Below, one piece after another: positions 9,901 to 18,875 of a DNA stretch of 64,000 nucleotides (position 1 is its first letter; each line of letters begins with the position of its first letter). The position numbers and the translations under genes are program-made. Origin of the DNA: a virus. Its lineage: Duplodnaviria > Caudoviricetes. The stretch spans positions 14,891 to 78,890 of IMG/VR virus record IMGVR_UViG_3300027751_000009; one strand, 5' to 3'. The notes beneath the pieces were generated by a model. The model searched no databases and was not told where the DNA came from. It saw only the letters and a list, made by a program, of their open reading frames with translations.

Positions 9901-12900
9901 CAGTTCACTATTTTTAAGTGCTGTTTATCATGATAGGTTACAGCGGATATTATGTGGTTCACATAAATCCTCAAATAATAGTGAAGGATATCCATCTATA
10001 TTTATTCGTGCTAAAGAAGATGTTTTTACAGATGATTTTATAGGTGCGCATAGATACAATCCAATAAAATCTAAACCTCATACTTGGGAAGGTGTAAGTA
10101 AGCTTGTAGATATTAATGGAGATTTAACAACTGAAGGTGTTCCCTCTACTGATGCACATGCTATTATCAATATAAAAATGGATAATGAAGGTAGCATATA
10201 TGGAGGAAGAACAAAGTATGCTTTTTCTAAAAATGTATTTATACCATTGAGTGAAGTTATTCCATTAAAAGGAGCTACAGGAGATAACCAATCACAAAAA
10301 TTTAATGTGCAAGGAGATTTTTATGTATCATTATTTTTAAGAACAAAAAATGACTACTCAAATGCTTTACCTCCAGAAAAACACGATATGCATCAAAACA
10401 ATAATTATGTTGACGAGCATTATTTTGCTTCAATAGATGATTGGAACAGAGGTGGTGCATGGGCTTATGCTGTAGTTTTAGAAACAGAAATAGAAAGTAG
10501 ATTAGCAGATAGCTATCGTTTTTATAGAGCATCAGGTGGTGTTAATTTTGATTTAGGTATTAATGAATTTATCAATTCAGCATACTATAAGAAAAATGAT
10601 TTAAGAAAATACATACCGGTTCCATTTAATTTTAAAGATGATCCTTTAATGGTAAGTAGTATATCAGCATCTAAAACAAAATTAACAGGAGATTATGTTG
10701 ATGCTTGGACTACATTCTTACTATATGAGTTCTATGAATTAGAAAAAAGTAAAGGTATCATTACCAATATAACAAATTGGAAAGATGAAATCTTTGCTAT
10801 TCAAGAATATGAAACCAATCAAATAAATGTTGATACTACTAATTTTGTAACAACTAATGAAGGTCAAAGTGTAGCTATACAAAAAGGAACAGGCTCTACT
10901 TTTACAAATCATAAGAAAGTAAGTGATTTTGGTACTTCTATTCGTAGAGCTTTAGCAGAGGGAGAATTTGGGTTTAGCTTTATAGATGAGAAGAACAAAG
11001 CTTTCGTAAAATTCGGAGAAAGTCTTAGTTTACCTTTAGAGATACAATTAAAACTACAAGAATTATTCCAATACAATAAGATTATAGATACAGAAGGTTA
11101 CTATGATGTAAAATATAAAGAGACAAACATTCGTATTCGTACAGAAAGTGGTCTTACTTATCTACTATCATACAATGAACTTTTACAAAAATTCAATGGT
11201 TGGTTAGCTTATGATAATGACATTTATATCACTTATGACAAACGTGTGTTTGCACCATCTTGTCAAATCAGAACTGTTGTTTTAGAATTGCCAGAAATTT
11301 CAAGTAATCTACAAGTGGAAATGCAAGTAGGAAAATATTCTGAATATCAGATAACTGTTGCTGAAGAAGTTTCAGGAAAAGGAACAGCACCAAAACCAGT
11401 TAGCTATACAGCTACGAATTTACCTGATGGATTAAATATCAATATCAATACAGGATTGATTTATGGAGTTCCTACTACAGTCGGTACTTACAATGTTCCT
11501 ATTGTCGTAACAAATAGCGTAGGAGTTTCACAAGTAATATTGATAGTTATTGTAAACCCAGCTACATTAGTTGGAGAAACTAATAGTAGTTCAGAAGTTA
11601 TAGGAGTACTTAGTTATTTAGAAACTGTAAATATTGAAGGTATTTCAAATGGTCAAGCTGATGTTTATGGTAAGCTAAAAGCTAAAGGTTTATTAGAGGT
11701 TACTATTAACGGTATAGCTACCACAAATGGAACTCTTATAGGTAGAGCATATTTCGATGAAGATATAAATGGTAGTAGTACTGTCACAGGTCAAATACAA
11801 GCCATAGGAAGTCTTTTGGGAATATCTAATGGCGTAGCATCAGTTGTAGGAGAAATCACTGGTAAGAGCTTTATTTACGGTATTTCAAATAATGTAGCAA
11901 CAGTAGTAGGAGTATTATTACAACCATTAGAATTTACAGGTTATGCAACTACATATGATATTACTAACGATTGTAGAATATTAGTAACTGGTACATTCTC
12001 TCAATATGGTACACCACATTCAAAACAAACTGTTAATGATATTGCAATTATTGATAGCTGTGGTAATTTAGATGAAACATTCAATGCGAATATAGGTCTT
12101 GGGTTCAATGACTTTATGTATTGGGGTTATGGTTCTGCAATAAGTCACGATGGCTCTATATTTGTTGGTGGTTCATTTACTACCTTTAATGGAGTTAGCA
12201 CAAATAGACTTGTCAAATTAAATCCTGATGGAACAAGAGATTGGTCTTTTGATATAGGAACAGGTTTCAATAAAGCCTCTGCTATACCACTTATAAATAA
12301 AGATGGTAGTGTATTCTATTTCGGTAGATTCGATACTTACAAAGGTGCGTGGAGAGGTCAAATAGTCAAACTAACTCCTAATGGAACAATAGACTATTCA
12401 TTCAGTGGTTACTTTACGAGCAATATCCCTATACAGTTAATGGATGTTGGATATAACCAAATGATAGCTCATGGATATACTGTTGGATATAATGGTAGCT
12501 ATATCCCTCATATCGTTAGAATAGATAAAACAACAGGTCAACGAGATTGGACTTTTAATGTGCCAGTAGGACCTAACATTGCCGGAGAAGGAAAAGTAAT
12601 GTTCAGTTTTGTCGATGGAGAAAAAATTATAATGCTTAGTCAATTCTTTACTCAATGGGATAATTTACCGGCTGGTGGTATTGTAAGGTTAAATAGAAAT
12701 GGTTCAAGAGATGAAACATTTGTTACAGGTACAGGTTTCACTGGTGGAGTAGTTTATAAAGGTGCTGTATTTGAAGGAAAATATATTATATCTGGTACGT
12801 TTACTGCATACAATGGAACACCTTGTCCTCGATTGGTACGATTAAATCAAGATGGTTCATTAGATAATACATTCAATTGGAATAATAATTATGGTGATTA

Positions 12901-15900
12901 TGGACCTTACAATATGGTTGTAATGGGTGAGAACATTTATGTTTCTGAAGCAAGAGGTGCTGGAACAGCACAGTATCTGTTAGTTGTAGATAGAGATGGT
13001 AATGCTAAGAGAATGAAGAAAAACCCTAATAAGTGTATTCCTTTCTCTTGTGGTAGTAGATTAAAAGGTGTTATTTATGCAAAAACATATCCTTATGGTA
13101 TTTTAGGTGTTAGACCTAACGACCAAATAATAGGAGTAAGTAATGGTAGTGCTGTAGTAAGTGCTGATATAATTGACATGCCTAATCCAAACTTAATGGT
13201 AGGAGCAAGTAATAGTAGTTCTACAGCAGAATTATATGTAATTACTTTTGATACAACTTGGAATGTTAATTTGAGTGGTGGTCAGTCTTCTCCATCCGGT
13301 ACATTATATTTTCCTCTAAATATTGAAGAAACTTATGATTTCATTATAGAATGGGGTGATGGAACATCAGATAGACTTACTAATGCTGGTCAAGCTGATA
13401 GACATCATACTTATGTTAGTACTGGAACAAGTATTTATAATGTAAAAATAAATGGTATTATTCCTTTTCATTTTATTTTTGCAGCTTATGGTGTAACTTA
13501 TACTGATGCAGCAAAATTAATATCTGTTGATAGATTTGGTCCTATGAAATTTTCTCAATTTGGAAGAACATTTAACGGTTGTATGAATTTAACAACTTTA
13601 GCTGATGATCCTAATTTTGAAACATTTACAAGTGGTGAACTTGTATTTCAAGATAATGAAAAATTAGTATCAGATATTACTAATTGGGATACGAGTAGAG
13701 TAACTACTATGAAAGGAATGTTTTCATACACCTCTAATTTCAATCAAGATATTACTAATTGGGATACAAGTAATGTAACGAATATGGAAGATATGTTCTT
13801 AAGTTGTTATGATTTTAGTATAAATCTTTTTGGGTTAGATGTTAGTAAGGTTACAAATACTAACCACATGTTTTACAAATGTTTTAAATTTAATGGTACA
13901 GTACCAGCATTTGGTCCTCTTTTGCAGAGTGCAATTCGAATGTTTTATGACTGTACAATATTCAACCAACCTTTAAGTCATTTAGATGTAAGTGGATTGC
14001 AAAACGCAAATAGTATGTTTCTAGCTTGTACAACTTTTAATCAAGATATTAGCGGTTGGAGACCTCAAATTACAAATGCAAATAGTATGTTTAATTATAC
14101 TCCATTTTTCAATTCAGATCTTAATGATTGGGATATGAGTAATTGTGAAGAAATGACCTCAATGTTTAGTGGTTCAGCCTTTAATAAACCATTAAATCTT
14201 TGGAATACAAGTAGTTTAAAACTTACTCGATTTATGTTTGACTATAATCAGGTCTTTAATCAAGATATTAGTAGTTGGGATATGAGAAAAGTAGAAGACG
14301 CAGAAGCCATGTTTCAATATGCTAATGCTTTTAATCAAGACCTTAGTGGTTGGCAGTTTGAAAATTTAAAACATGCAGGCTTTATGGCTGGTAACAAAGG
14401 ATATACTGATGAATGGAATTTCTCTAAATTAGAGACTGTTAGACGCTTCTTTGGAGATGTTTATAAAGGAGACCTAAATAAATTTGATATAAGTAATATA
14501 ACAGACTTTACTTGGATTTTTGGAGGAAGTAATATTAATAAAGATTTTTCAAGTTGGGATGTTAGTCATGTAACTACAATCAATTTTTTTGCAGGAAATA
14601 ACGCTGCTTTCAATCAACCTTTAAATCATTGGGATGTTAGTAATGTTACAGATATGAGTCAAGCATTTTGGAATACACCATCTTTTAAACAAGATATTAG
14701 TGACTGGAATATTAGTAATGTTACAAATATATCTACATTCTTTGGTGGTACTACTAATTACCCTACACATCTTGTTGATGCTTGTATAATAAAATGGAGT
14801 CAATTACCTTCTTTAAAAATCACTAGCATAACATTTGGAATTGGGAAGCATTCTGAAGCTTCGGTAGCTGCAAAAGCATTACTATTAAGTAATGGTGTAA
14901 ATGTTACTACTGGTGGTTTGATGGCTGGAAAATGGTGTATAGGGAAATCTATAAAAGCTAAAGCTACAACAATAGGCTCTTTAAGACAAACAGTATCTAT
15001 GGCCGCTACTTCAAACGGATTAGCTACTATAGATAACACTATGATAAGATTAGGAATATTATCAATACAAGGAATTTCTAATGGTTTAAGTACAAGTTCA
15101 CTTGCTACAAATCCTTTTATCCTTGAAGTTACAACTACTACACAAAACCAAAATGTGATATTGCCTCTTGCTAAAACTTATAATTATGCTACTAATACAA
15201 GTCTTGTAGTTGAGTCAAATGTTGATTGGGGTGATGGTGTTGAACAATATATTGAGTCTAATACTTCTCTTAATAAATCTCACATTTATGCTGAACCAGG
15301 AGTTTATCAAGTTAAACTAACAGGAAGAATAGATGCTTTATATCCACTTAGTTATGGAAATACTAATAGTGCCTTTACTGATATAATTCAATGGGGAACT
15401 AATGAATTTAAAGAATTAACAGGAGCATTTAAAGGTTATCCAAATTTAAAATCTACAGGAGTAGGACCAATATTTTTTTCAGGAGAACATCTTACAGGTT
15501 TATTTCAAGATTCTACTTTAATAACTTCTGTATCTGAAAATTTATTTACTAAATGTCCAAATTTAAAATCAAATGCTTTTAAACAAACATTTAAAAATTG
15601 TAGATTAACAACAATTCATGAAGACTTATTTAAATCTAATACTGGAGTTTATAATTCAGCTTTTTATGAAACTTTTAAAGATAATAAGTTAATTTCAATA
15701 CCTGAAAATTTATTCAGATATAATACAGAAGTACATGATTATGCATTCTATGGTACTTTTCAAAATAATGAAATAACAACAATACCAGTTGATTTATTTA
15801 AGTATAATACTAAAGCATTAAATTATACTTTTACACATACGTTTAATGGTAATTCACTTTTAACAGTAATTCCAGATAATATTTTCACGAATTTCAAAGG

Positions 15901-16783
15901 TACATTAGCTCCTTTTACTTCAACGTTCTCTAATACGGGTATTCTATCAATACCAGAAACCTTATTTGCAGGATTAGTAGATATAAAAGGTGGTGCTTTT
16001 TCAAGTACTTTTTCAGGTAGTCAAATAACATCAATACCAGCTGATTTATTTAAGGATAATATAAATGTAACTTCTTTTGCGGGTACTTTTGCAGGTACTA
16101 AAATAACAACAATACCAGCCGATTTATTTAGATATAACACAAAGGTTGGTGTATCTGCTTTTAGTTCTTGTTTTAATTCTTGTTCAGAATTAGAAATAGT
16201 TCCTTCTGATTTATTTAGATATAATACAGAAGCTTCTGCTTCTGCTTTTATTTTTACATTTGCACAAACACCTAAATTAAAAACAATACCAGCTGATTTA
16301 TTTAGGTACAATACTAAAGTAACGACAAATGCATTTCAATATCTTTTTTATCTTAGTGGTATAACAACTTTACCAGCTGATTTATTTAGATATAATGTTT
16401 TAGCTAGTAATTACGCTTTTTATCTTATGTGTTATGGTGCAAACGAATTATTAACATTACCAGAAGGTTTATTTAGATATAATGTGAATGCTAATGTTGG
16501 TGCTTTTGATTACACTTTTTATGATTGTAATAAATTACAATTAAATAGAAATATATTTTATAATGATGGAGAACAGGCAACACGCTTTGCAGGTAGTACT
16601 GATATAACTTTTTCTGCTACTTTCAATAAATCAGAAGATTTAGGATTACCAGGAGAAGCCCCTGATTTATGGAATTGTAACTTAGGTACTACACCGGGAG
16701 CACATTCAGGTACTTTTGGTGGATTAGGGAATAACTCAACTAGTTTAAGTAATTATAATTTAATACCTGTAGATTGGAAATAA
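6977..16783 (+). CDS. Tail stabilisation/muzzle protein N-part (~1430 aa) fused to He_PIG Ig domain, delta-60-type propeller, PKD-like+DUF285 LRR and PKD-like+BspA-type LRR modules
   Basis: RVYFTDNLNPLRVINL and LSYNELLQKFNGWLAY resemble crAss-like muzzle proteins. YTATNLPDGLNIN..TGLIYGVPTTVGTY is He_PIG-like; VGGSFTTFNG..RLVKLNPDGTRD is delta-60-like; EWGDG..HTY is PKD-like; NQDISSWDxSNVTxM is DUF285-like; TIPADLFRYNT is a BspA-type LRR. Confidence 0.7.
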   Translation: MELNFEQLHLFVEGMKSSREQNAEEPSSYEYGLNGRLYSENGKLSYSSIKGTVPIYNNPKIIKYLGFYAFPDELLLLVKYDENATANLTSEISTQIIANDISINLDFGTTQYVFSNELSIGAIENINQATVQSSPQPVEPLTENYNQSGEIKTIDFNEYYLLSGKTVPNYQICTLGNANTIPEYNKQYSDAFIVLKNDGYHAFKGRLAWKGNLNWDINRKITTVGIDEGIHYKRVYFTDNLNPLRVINLKDKNLFYRTSEEFNVLQDATLLQPKVRKITEGGSIKAMSVQYAYRLMTDNGQVTSFSPFSELIKIVKDEDGYDFAGGAIDSLTSKRVELDCPIISTLYSKVQCIAIEFKTDSTPTSFRNLGIQNVDSVVSFIHSGNESELEDILTIEEVIETKHIWTYCNDITIKNNKLIAAGLRNKPYSLQEKYVEDLFLFKGWDELGASHDNALINPTPTTYKYFDPTYTGDMIYVEKQLYTRFLFFGNVTLTLNNKLNPNIRESITFKSSADQYIDYTLDVGAWLKGLSAGKLELFPNLKIEQIDYSILFSPIDELIKTNMSNYYFTTSVTQVIIDFENQYSILDTAVNPSALVFGAQSIGFNQGTGIRVSFEQQEEAILNKSPELYDGGELLKLQTPSLKKTFVKDEIYRLGIQCYKSGSPLFTIVCGDIKTPAVGELDYKNQSDDGNQLFVHRLELKVEVRIPCEFKDYIDSYQIVYVERTENNRTILAQGLAGPLIRLATINHPSVNGTAYAPDVYDKWTLPFNGGPLYSVNGLLTYTMLGENWDDFEEWSDDWGDTSDIRQRVFTREIVNRRMFYFDSPDAIYSKISDRNFKNGKIEVLGRVNTDHTGHLIRSRFPGDEIHPAYVLDVGTGIGLTFVSVPPGFQESEIYKSLAYSKKIGYTNVSGTSSSKPYHVNVSVFSQFTLDKKTIEIDKTTDLLAKGEVLPSAILGTSFDISNMALTLFAQNAYNSSLFLSAVYHDRLQRILCGSHKSSNNSEGYPSIFIRAKEDVFTDDFIGAHRYNPIKSKPHTWEGVSKLVDINGDLTTEGVPSTDAHAIINIKMDNEGSIYGGRTKYAFSKNVFIPLSEVIPLKGATGDNQSQKFNVQGDFYVSLFLRTKNDYSNALPPEKHDMHQNNNYVDEHYFASIDDWNRGGAWAYAVVLETEIESRLADSYRFYRASGGVNFDLGINEFINSAYYKKNDLRKYIPVPFNFKDDPLMVSSISASKTKLTGDYVDAWTTFLLYEFYELEKSKGIITNITNWKDEIFAIQEYETNQINVDTTNFVTTNEGQSVAIQKGTGSTFTNHKKVSDFGTSIRRALAEGEFGFSFIDEKNKAFVKFGESLSLPLEIQLKLQELFQYNKIIDTEGYYDVKYKETNIRIRTESGLTYLLSYNELLQKFNGWLAYDNDIYITYDKRVFAPSCQIRTVVLELPEISSNLQVEMQVGKYSEYQITVAEEVSGKGTAPKPVSYTATNLPDGLNININTGLIYGVPTTVGTYNVPIVVTNSVGVSQVILIVIVNPATLVGETNSSSEVIGVLSYLETVNIEGISNGQADVYGKLKAKGLLEVTINGIATTNGTLIGRAYFDEDINGSSTVTGQIQAIGSLLGISNGVASVVGEITGKSFIYGISNNVATVVGVLLQPLEFTGYATTYDITNDCRILVTGTFSQYGTPHSKQTVNDIAIIDSCGNLDETFNANIGLGFNDFMYWGYGSAISHDGSIFVGGSFTTFNGVSTNRLVKLNPDGTRDWSFDIGTGFNKASAIPLINKDGSVFYFGRFDTYKGAWRGQIVKLTPNGTIDYSFSGYFTSNIPIQLMDVGYNQMIAHGYTVGYNGSYIPHIVRIDKTTGQRDWTFNVPVGPNIAGEGKVMFSFVDGEKIIMLSQFFTQWDNLPAGGIVRLNRNGSRDETFVTGTGFTGGVVYKGAVFEGKYIISGTFTAYNGTPCPRLVRLNQDGSLDNTFNWNNNYGDYGPYNMVVMGENIYVSEARGAGTAQYLLVVDRDGNAKRMKKNPNKCIPFSCGSRLKGVIYAKTYPYGILGVRPNDQIIGVSNGSAVVSADIIDMPNPNLMVGASNSSSTAELYVITFDTTWNVNLSGGQSSPSGTLYFPLNIEETYDFIIEWGDGTSDRLTNAGQADRHHTYVSTGTSIYNVKINGIIPFHFIFAAYGVTYTDAAKLISVDRFGPMKFSQFGRTFNGCMNLTTLADDPNFETFTSGELVFQDNEKLVSDITNWDTSRVTTMKGMFSYTSNFNQDITNWDTSNVTNMEDMFLSCYDFSINLFGLDVSKVTNTNHMFYKCFKFNGTVPAFGPLLQSAIRMFYDCTIFNQPLSHLDVSGLQNANSMFLACTTFNQDISGWRPQITNANSMFNYTPFFNSDLNDWDMSNCEEMTSMFSGSAFNKPLNLWNTSSLKLTRFMFDYNQVFNQDISSWDMRKVEDAEAMFQYANAFNQDLSGWQFENLKHAGFMAGNKGYTDEWNFSKLETVRRFFGDVYKGDLNKFDISNITDFTWIFGGSNINKDFSSWDVSHVTTINFFAGNNAAFNQPLNHWDVSNVTDMSQAFWNTPSFKQDISDWNISNVTNISTFFGGTTNYPTHLVDACIIKWSQLPSLKITSITFGIGKHSEASVAAKALLLSNGVNVTTGGLMAGKWCIGKSIKAKATTIGSLRQTVSMAATSNGLATIDNTMIRLGILSIQGISNGLSTSSLATNPFILEVTTTTQNQNVILPLAKTYNYATNTSLVVESNVDWGDGVEQYIESNTSLNKSHIYAEPGVYQVKLTGRIDALYPLSYGNTNSAFTDIIQWGTNEFKELTGAFKGYPNLKSTGVGPIFFSGEHLTGLFQDSTLITSVSENLFTKCPNLKSNAFKQTFKNCRLTTIHEDLFKSNTGVYNSAFYETFKDNKLISIPENLFRYNTEVHDYAFYGTFQNNEITTIPVDLFKYNTKALNYTFTHTFNGNSLLTVIPDNIFTNFKGTLAPFTSTFSNTGILSIPETLFAGLVDIKGGAFSSTFSGSQITSIPADLFKDNINVTSFAGTFAGTKITTIPADLFRYNTKVGVSAFSSCFNSCSELEIVPSDLFRYNTEASASAFIFTFAQTPKLKTIPADLFRYNTKVTTNAFQYLFYLSGITTLPADLFRYNVLASNYAFYLMCYGANELLTLPEGLFRYNVNANVGAFDYTFYDCNKLQLNRNIFYNDGEQATRFAGSTDITFSATFNKSEDLGLPGEAPDLWNCNLGTTPGAHSGTFGGLGNNSTSLSNYNLIPVDWK

Positions 16784-16808
16784 ATTTAACTAATGCAACA
16801 CCTTAATT

Positions 16809-18068
16809 ATGGCAAAGAGTAAAATAGTAATAAAGTTTTTATCAATATGTGAACAAGGAGATAGACTTGATATCGTAGTTGATAGACAAAGTGGACCAGT
16901 TTTATTAAGAGAAAGTTTTACAAGAACTTTAAGTACAAGTGGAGTTTCTAATACTGGTTTAGTTGCATATTCAACAAGTCCATCAAGAGCCGCATCAAAT
17001 TATTATGATGCTTTAGTAAGAGATTATAGCGGTTATACTTTTTTGACTTTTAGTTACAATTCTGTTCTTGGTACAGTAACAATATCAGCGGTTGATGAAT
17101 GTACTATCTTAACAACATTTCGTGTTGCTTCAATACCAATAGCAAACCCAGATACTAAAGTAGAACCTACTATTACAAATGAAGATTGTCGTGGAGATAT
17201 AGTTGCTGAATTTGAGAGTGCTGTTTATTTTAACCATATTTATTATCCTTGTGATAAAGTAATTGCAGAGATTAAAACAACAGTCCAATTAGCTACTTCT
17301 GACCAATTTGATTATAGTTTAGGATTAGAAAATCCTTTAAGTCTATCATTAGACAGAGGTATTACTTATCGAATGACAGGGTTAGATATTAATGGTAATG
17401 CTTATGATTTTTCATTTCAGACACCTTCAATATTAAATGTGAGTTTAGTTACTATAAATGTTCGTAATGAAGTAGGACAAGCAGTAGTAGATATTATTAA
17501 TGAAACTAATTTAGAACTTCAATATAATATTGATAATGGAGCTTGGCAAGTTGGAACTACTTTTTATGTTCCTTTAGGAGCTTCCTATGTATTGTATGTA
17601 AAAGATGCTTATGGTTGTGAAGACTCATTAAGTTTTACAGTAGATGAAACTGTTATCAGTACCCCATTAATAGGGGAAAGTAGGTACTGTCCAGACCTTC
17701 ATGAATTAAATGTAGGAAAATTCTTAAATTTGTTCGGTAAGCAACACACAATGAAATTAGGTTTCGTATGTAATGCAAGTCCACAGTACACTAAAATATT
17801 TAAACATATTCAAATGATATTAAGCACTGATTATGCTATCAAGAACGTTCAAGTAAAGACTTCTTTGAAACAAGAAAGATTTGTTCCGGGTAGTCATATG
17901 ACTTATAGAATACGAGAAGGTATGCACTCTGTTCCTTTAAAGAACCCACAAGATGTGGCTGATTTAAGAGGTAGCTGGGCTTATATCGAATTAGAAATAG
18001 AATCTATTAATAACACTAAGGTTGATTTATTCTCTGTAATAATGCACCTAAGAAAAAGTACAACATAA
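16809..18068 (+). CDS. SprB-like-repeat protein carrying the C-terminal part of the muzzle protein
   Basis: LQYNIDNGAWQ...YVLYVKDAYGC is SprB-like. From 17688, LHELNVGKFLNLFGKQ..LGFVCN..P...KIF...REG....LRGSW..SV...RKS resembles crAss-like muzzle C-termini. Confidence 0.55.
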   Translation: MAKSKIVIKFLSICEQGDRLDIVVDRQSGPVLLRESFTRTLSTSGVSNTGLVAYSTSPSRAASNYYDALVRDYSGYTFLTFSYNSVLGTVTISAVDECTILTTFRVASIPIANPDTKVEPTITNEDCRGDIVAEFESAVYFNHIYYPCDKVIAEIKTTVQLATSDQFDYSLGLENPLSLSLDRGITYRMTGLDINGNAYDFSFQTPSILNVSLVTINVRNEVGQAVVDIINETNLELQYNIDNGAWQVGTTFYVPLGASYVLYVKDAYGCEDSLSFTVDETVISTPLIGESRYCPDLHELNVGKFLNLFGKQHTMKLGFVCNASPQYTKIFKHIQMILSTDYAIKNVQVKTSLKQERFVPGSHMTYRIREGMHSVPLKNPQDVADLRGSWAYIELEIESINNTKVDLFSVIMHLRKSTT

Positions 18069-18865
18069 TGGCACTAACAGACACACCTCCGAGTTACTTA
18101 GACAATTTAAGAAACAATTTCGATGCATGGAAAGAAAAAGCTGATAAAGCTCAAAAGATAAAAAACCCATCTTATGAGCCTGTTAGTTTAAATCCTCCTG
18201 AAAAAAGTTTATCTGATGAACCTGGTTATGTAGACTATAAAGACTTTGATGAATCAGCTGACCCTAACTATCAACCAAGTACAGAACAAGGGATAAAAAG
18301 GACTGAGAAACTTATTGATAGACACGTCAATAAGAGTATTAAGATGAAAGATAAAGCTGATAGCCTTAGAGCAACAAACCCTGATAGGGCTAATAGAATA
18401 ATGGATAGAAGTGAGAAACGATTGAATAGAGTATCTGAAAAAGCAGAAGGTCTTATGGACCCTGAATATGCAAGTTCATTAGGTAGTGATGTAGCCGCTG
18501 GTGGTATCGCCGCTTTAGGAGAACTACCGAGTATTGTAAATCAGTTTTCTGATAAACCAGAGTCGGCAAAAGAAGCTACCGGTAAAAGTTTATCTTTAAC
18601 AGCGAGTGGAGCAAAAATAGGAATGGCAGCAGCTGGACCTTGGGGTGCGGCAGTTGGAGCAGTAGTTGGTTTTGGTAGTGGTATTATTGCTAATTCAGGT
18701 TGGAGAAAAGATCTTATGGAAAAAAACGATAAGATAGCACAAGTAGATTTAGATAATCAAAAGCAAGATAGAATGAAGCAATTATTTGAGAACTCTAATT
18801 CTGAACAATTACAGCAAGAGCAAAAAATGTTAGCACAATCATTAGGATATACACGAATTTCTTAA
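18068..18865 (+). CDS. Internal virion (ejection/pilot) protein
   Basis: Glycine-zipper GAKIGMAAAGPWGAAVGAVVG; located between the muzzle and vRNAP genes. Confidence 0.6.
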   Translation: MALTDTPPSYLDNLRNNFDAWKEKADKAQKIKNPSYEPVSLNPPEKSLSDEPGYVDYKDFDESADPNYQPSTEQGIKRTEKLIDRHVNKSIKMKDKADSLRATNPDRANRIMDRSEKRLNRVSEKAEGLMDPEYASSLGSDVAAGGIAALGELPSIVNQFSDKPESAKEATGKSLSLTASGAKIGMAAAGPWGAAVGAVVGFGSGIIANSGWRKDLMEKNDKIAQVDLDNQKQDRMKQLFENSNSEQLQQEQKMLAQSLGYTRIS

Positions 18866-18875
18866 ACATAATATT

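Noticed and set aside
15700-16500. Regularly spaced repeats (ccagctgatttattta...) resembling a CRISPR array
   Set aside because: They are in-frame codons of the ~26-aa TIPADLFRYN LRR with synonymous variation, not repeat-spacer units.
6977-18068. Diversity-generating retroelement or intein explaining the variable tail region
   Set aside because: No reverse transcriptase, no template/variable repeat pair differing only at adenines, and no intein C...HN motifs were recognised in the window.
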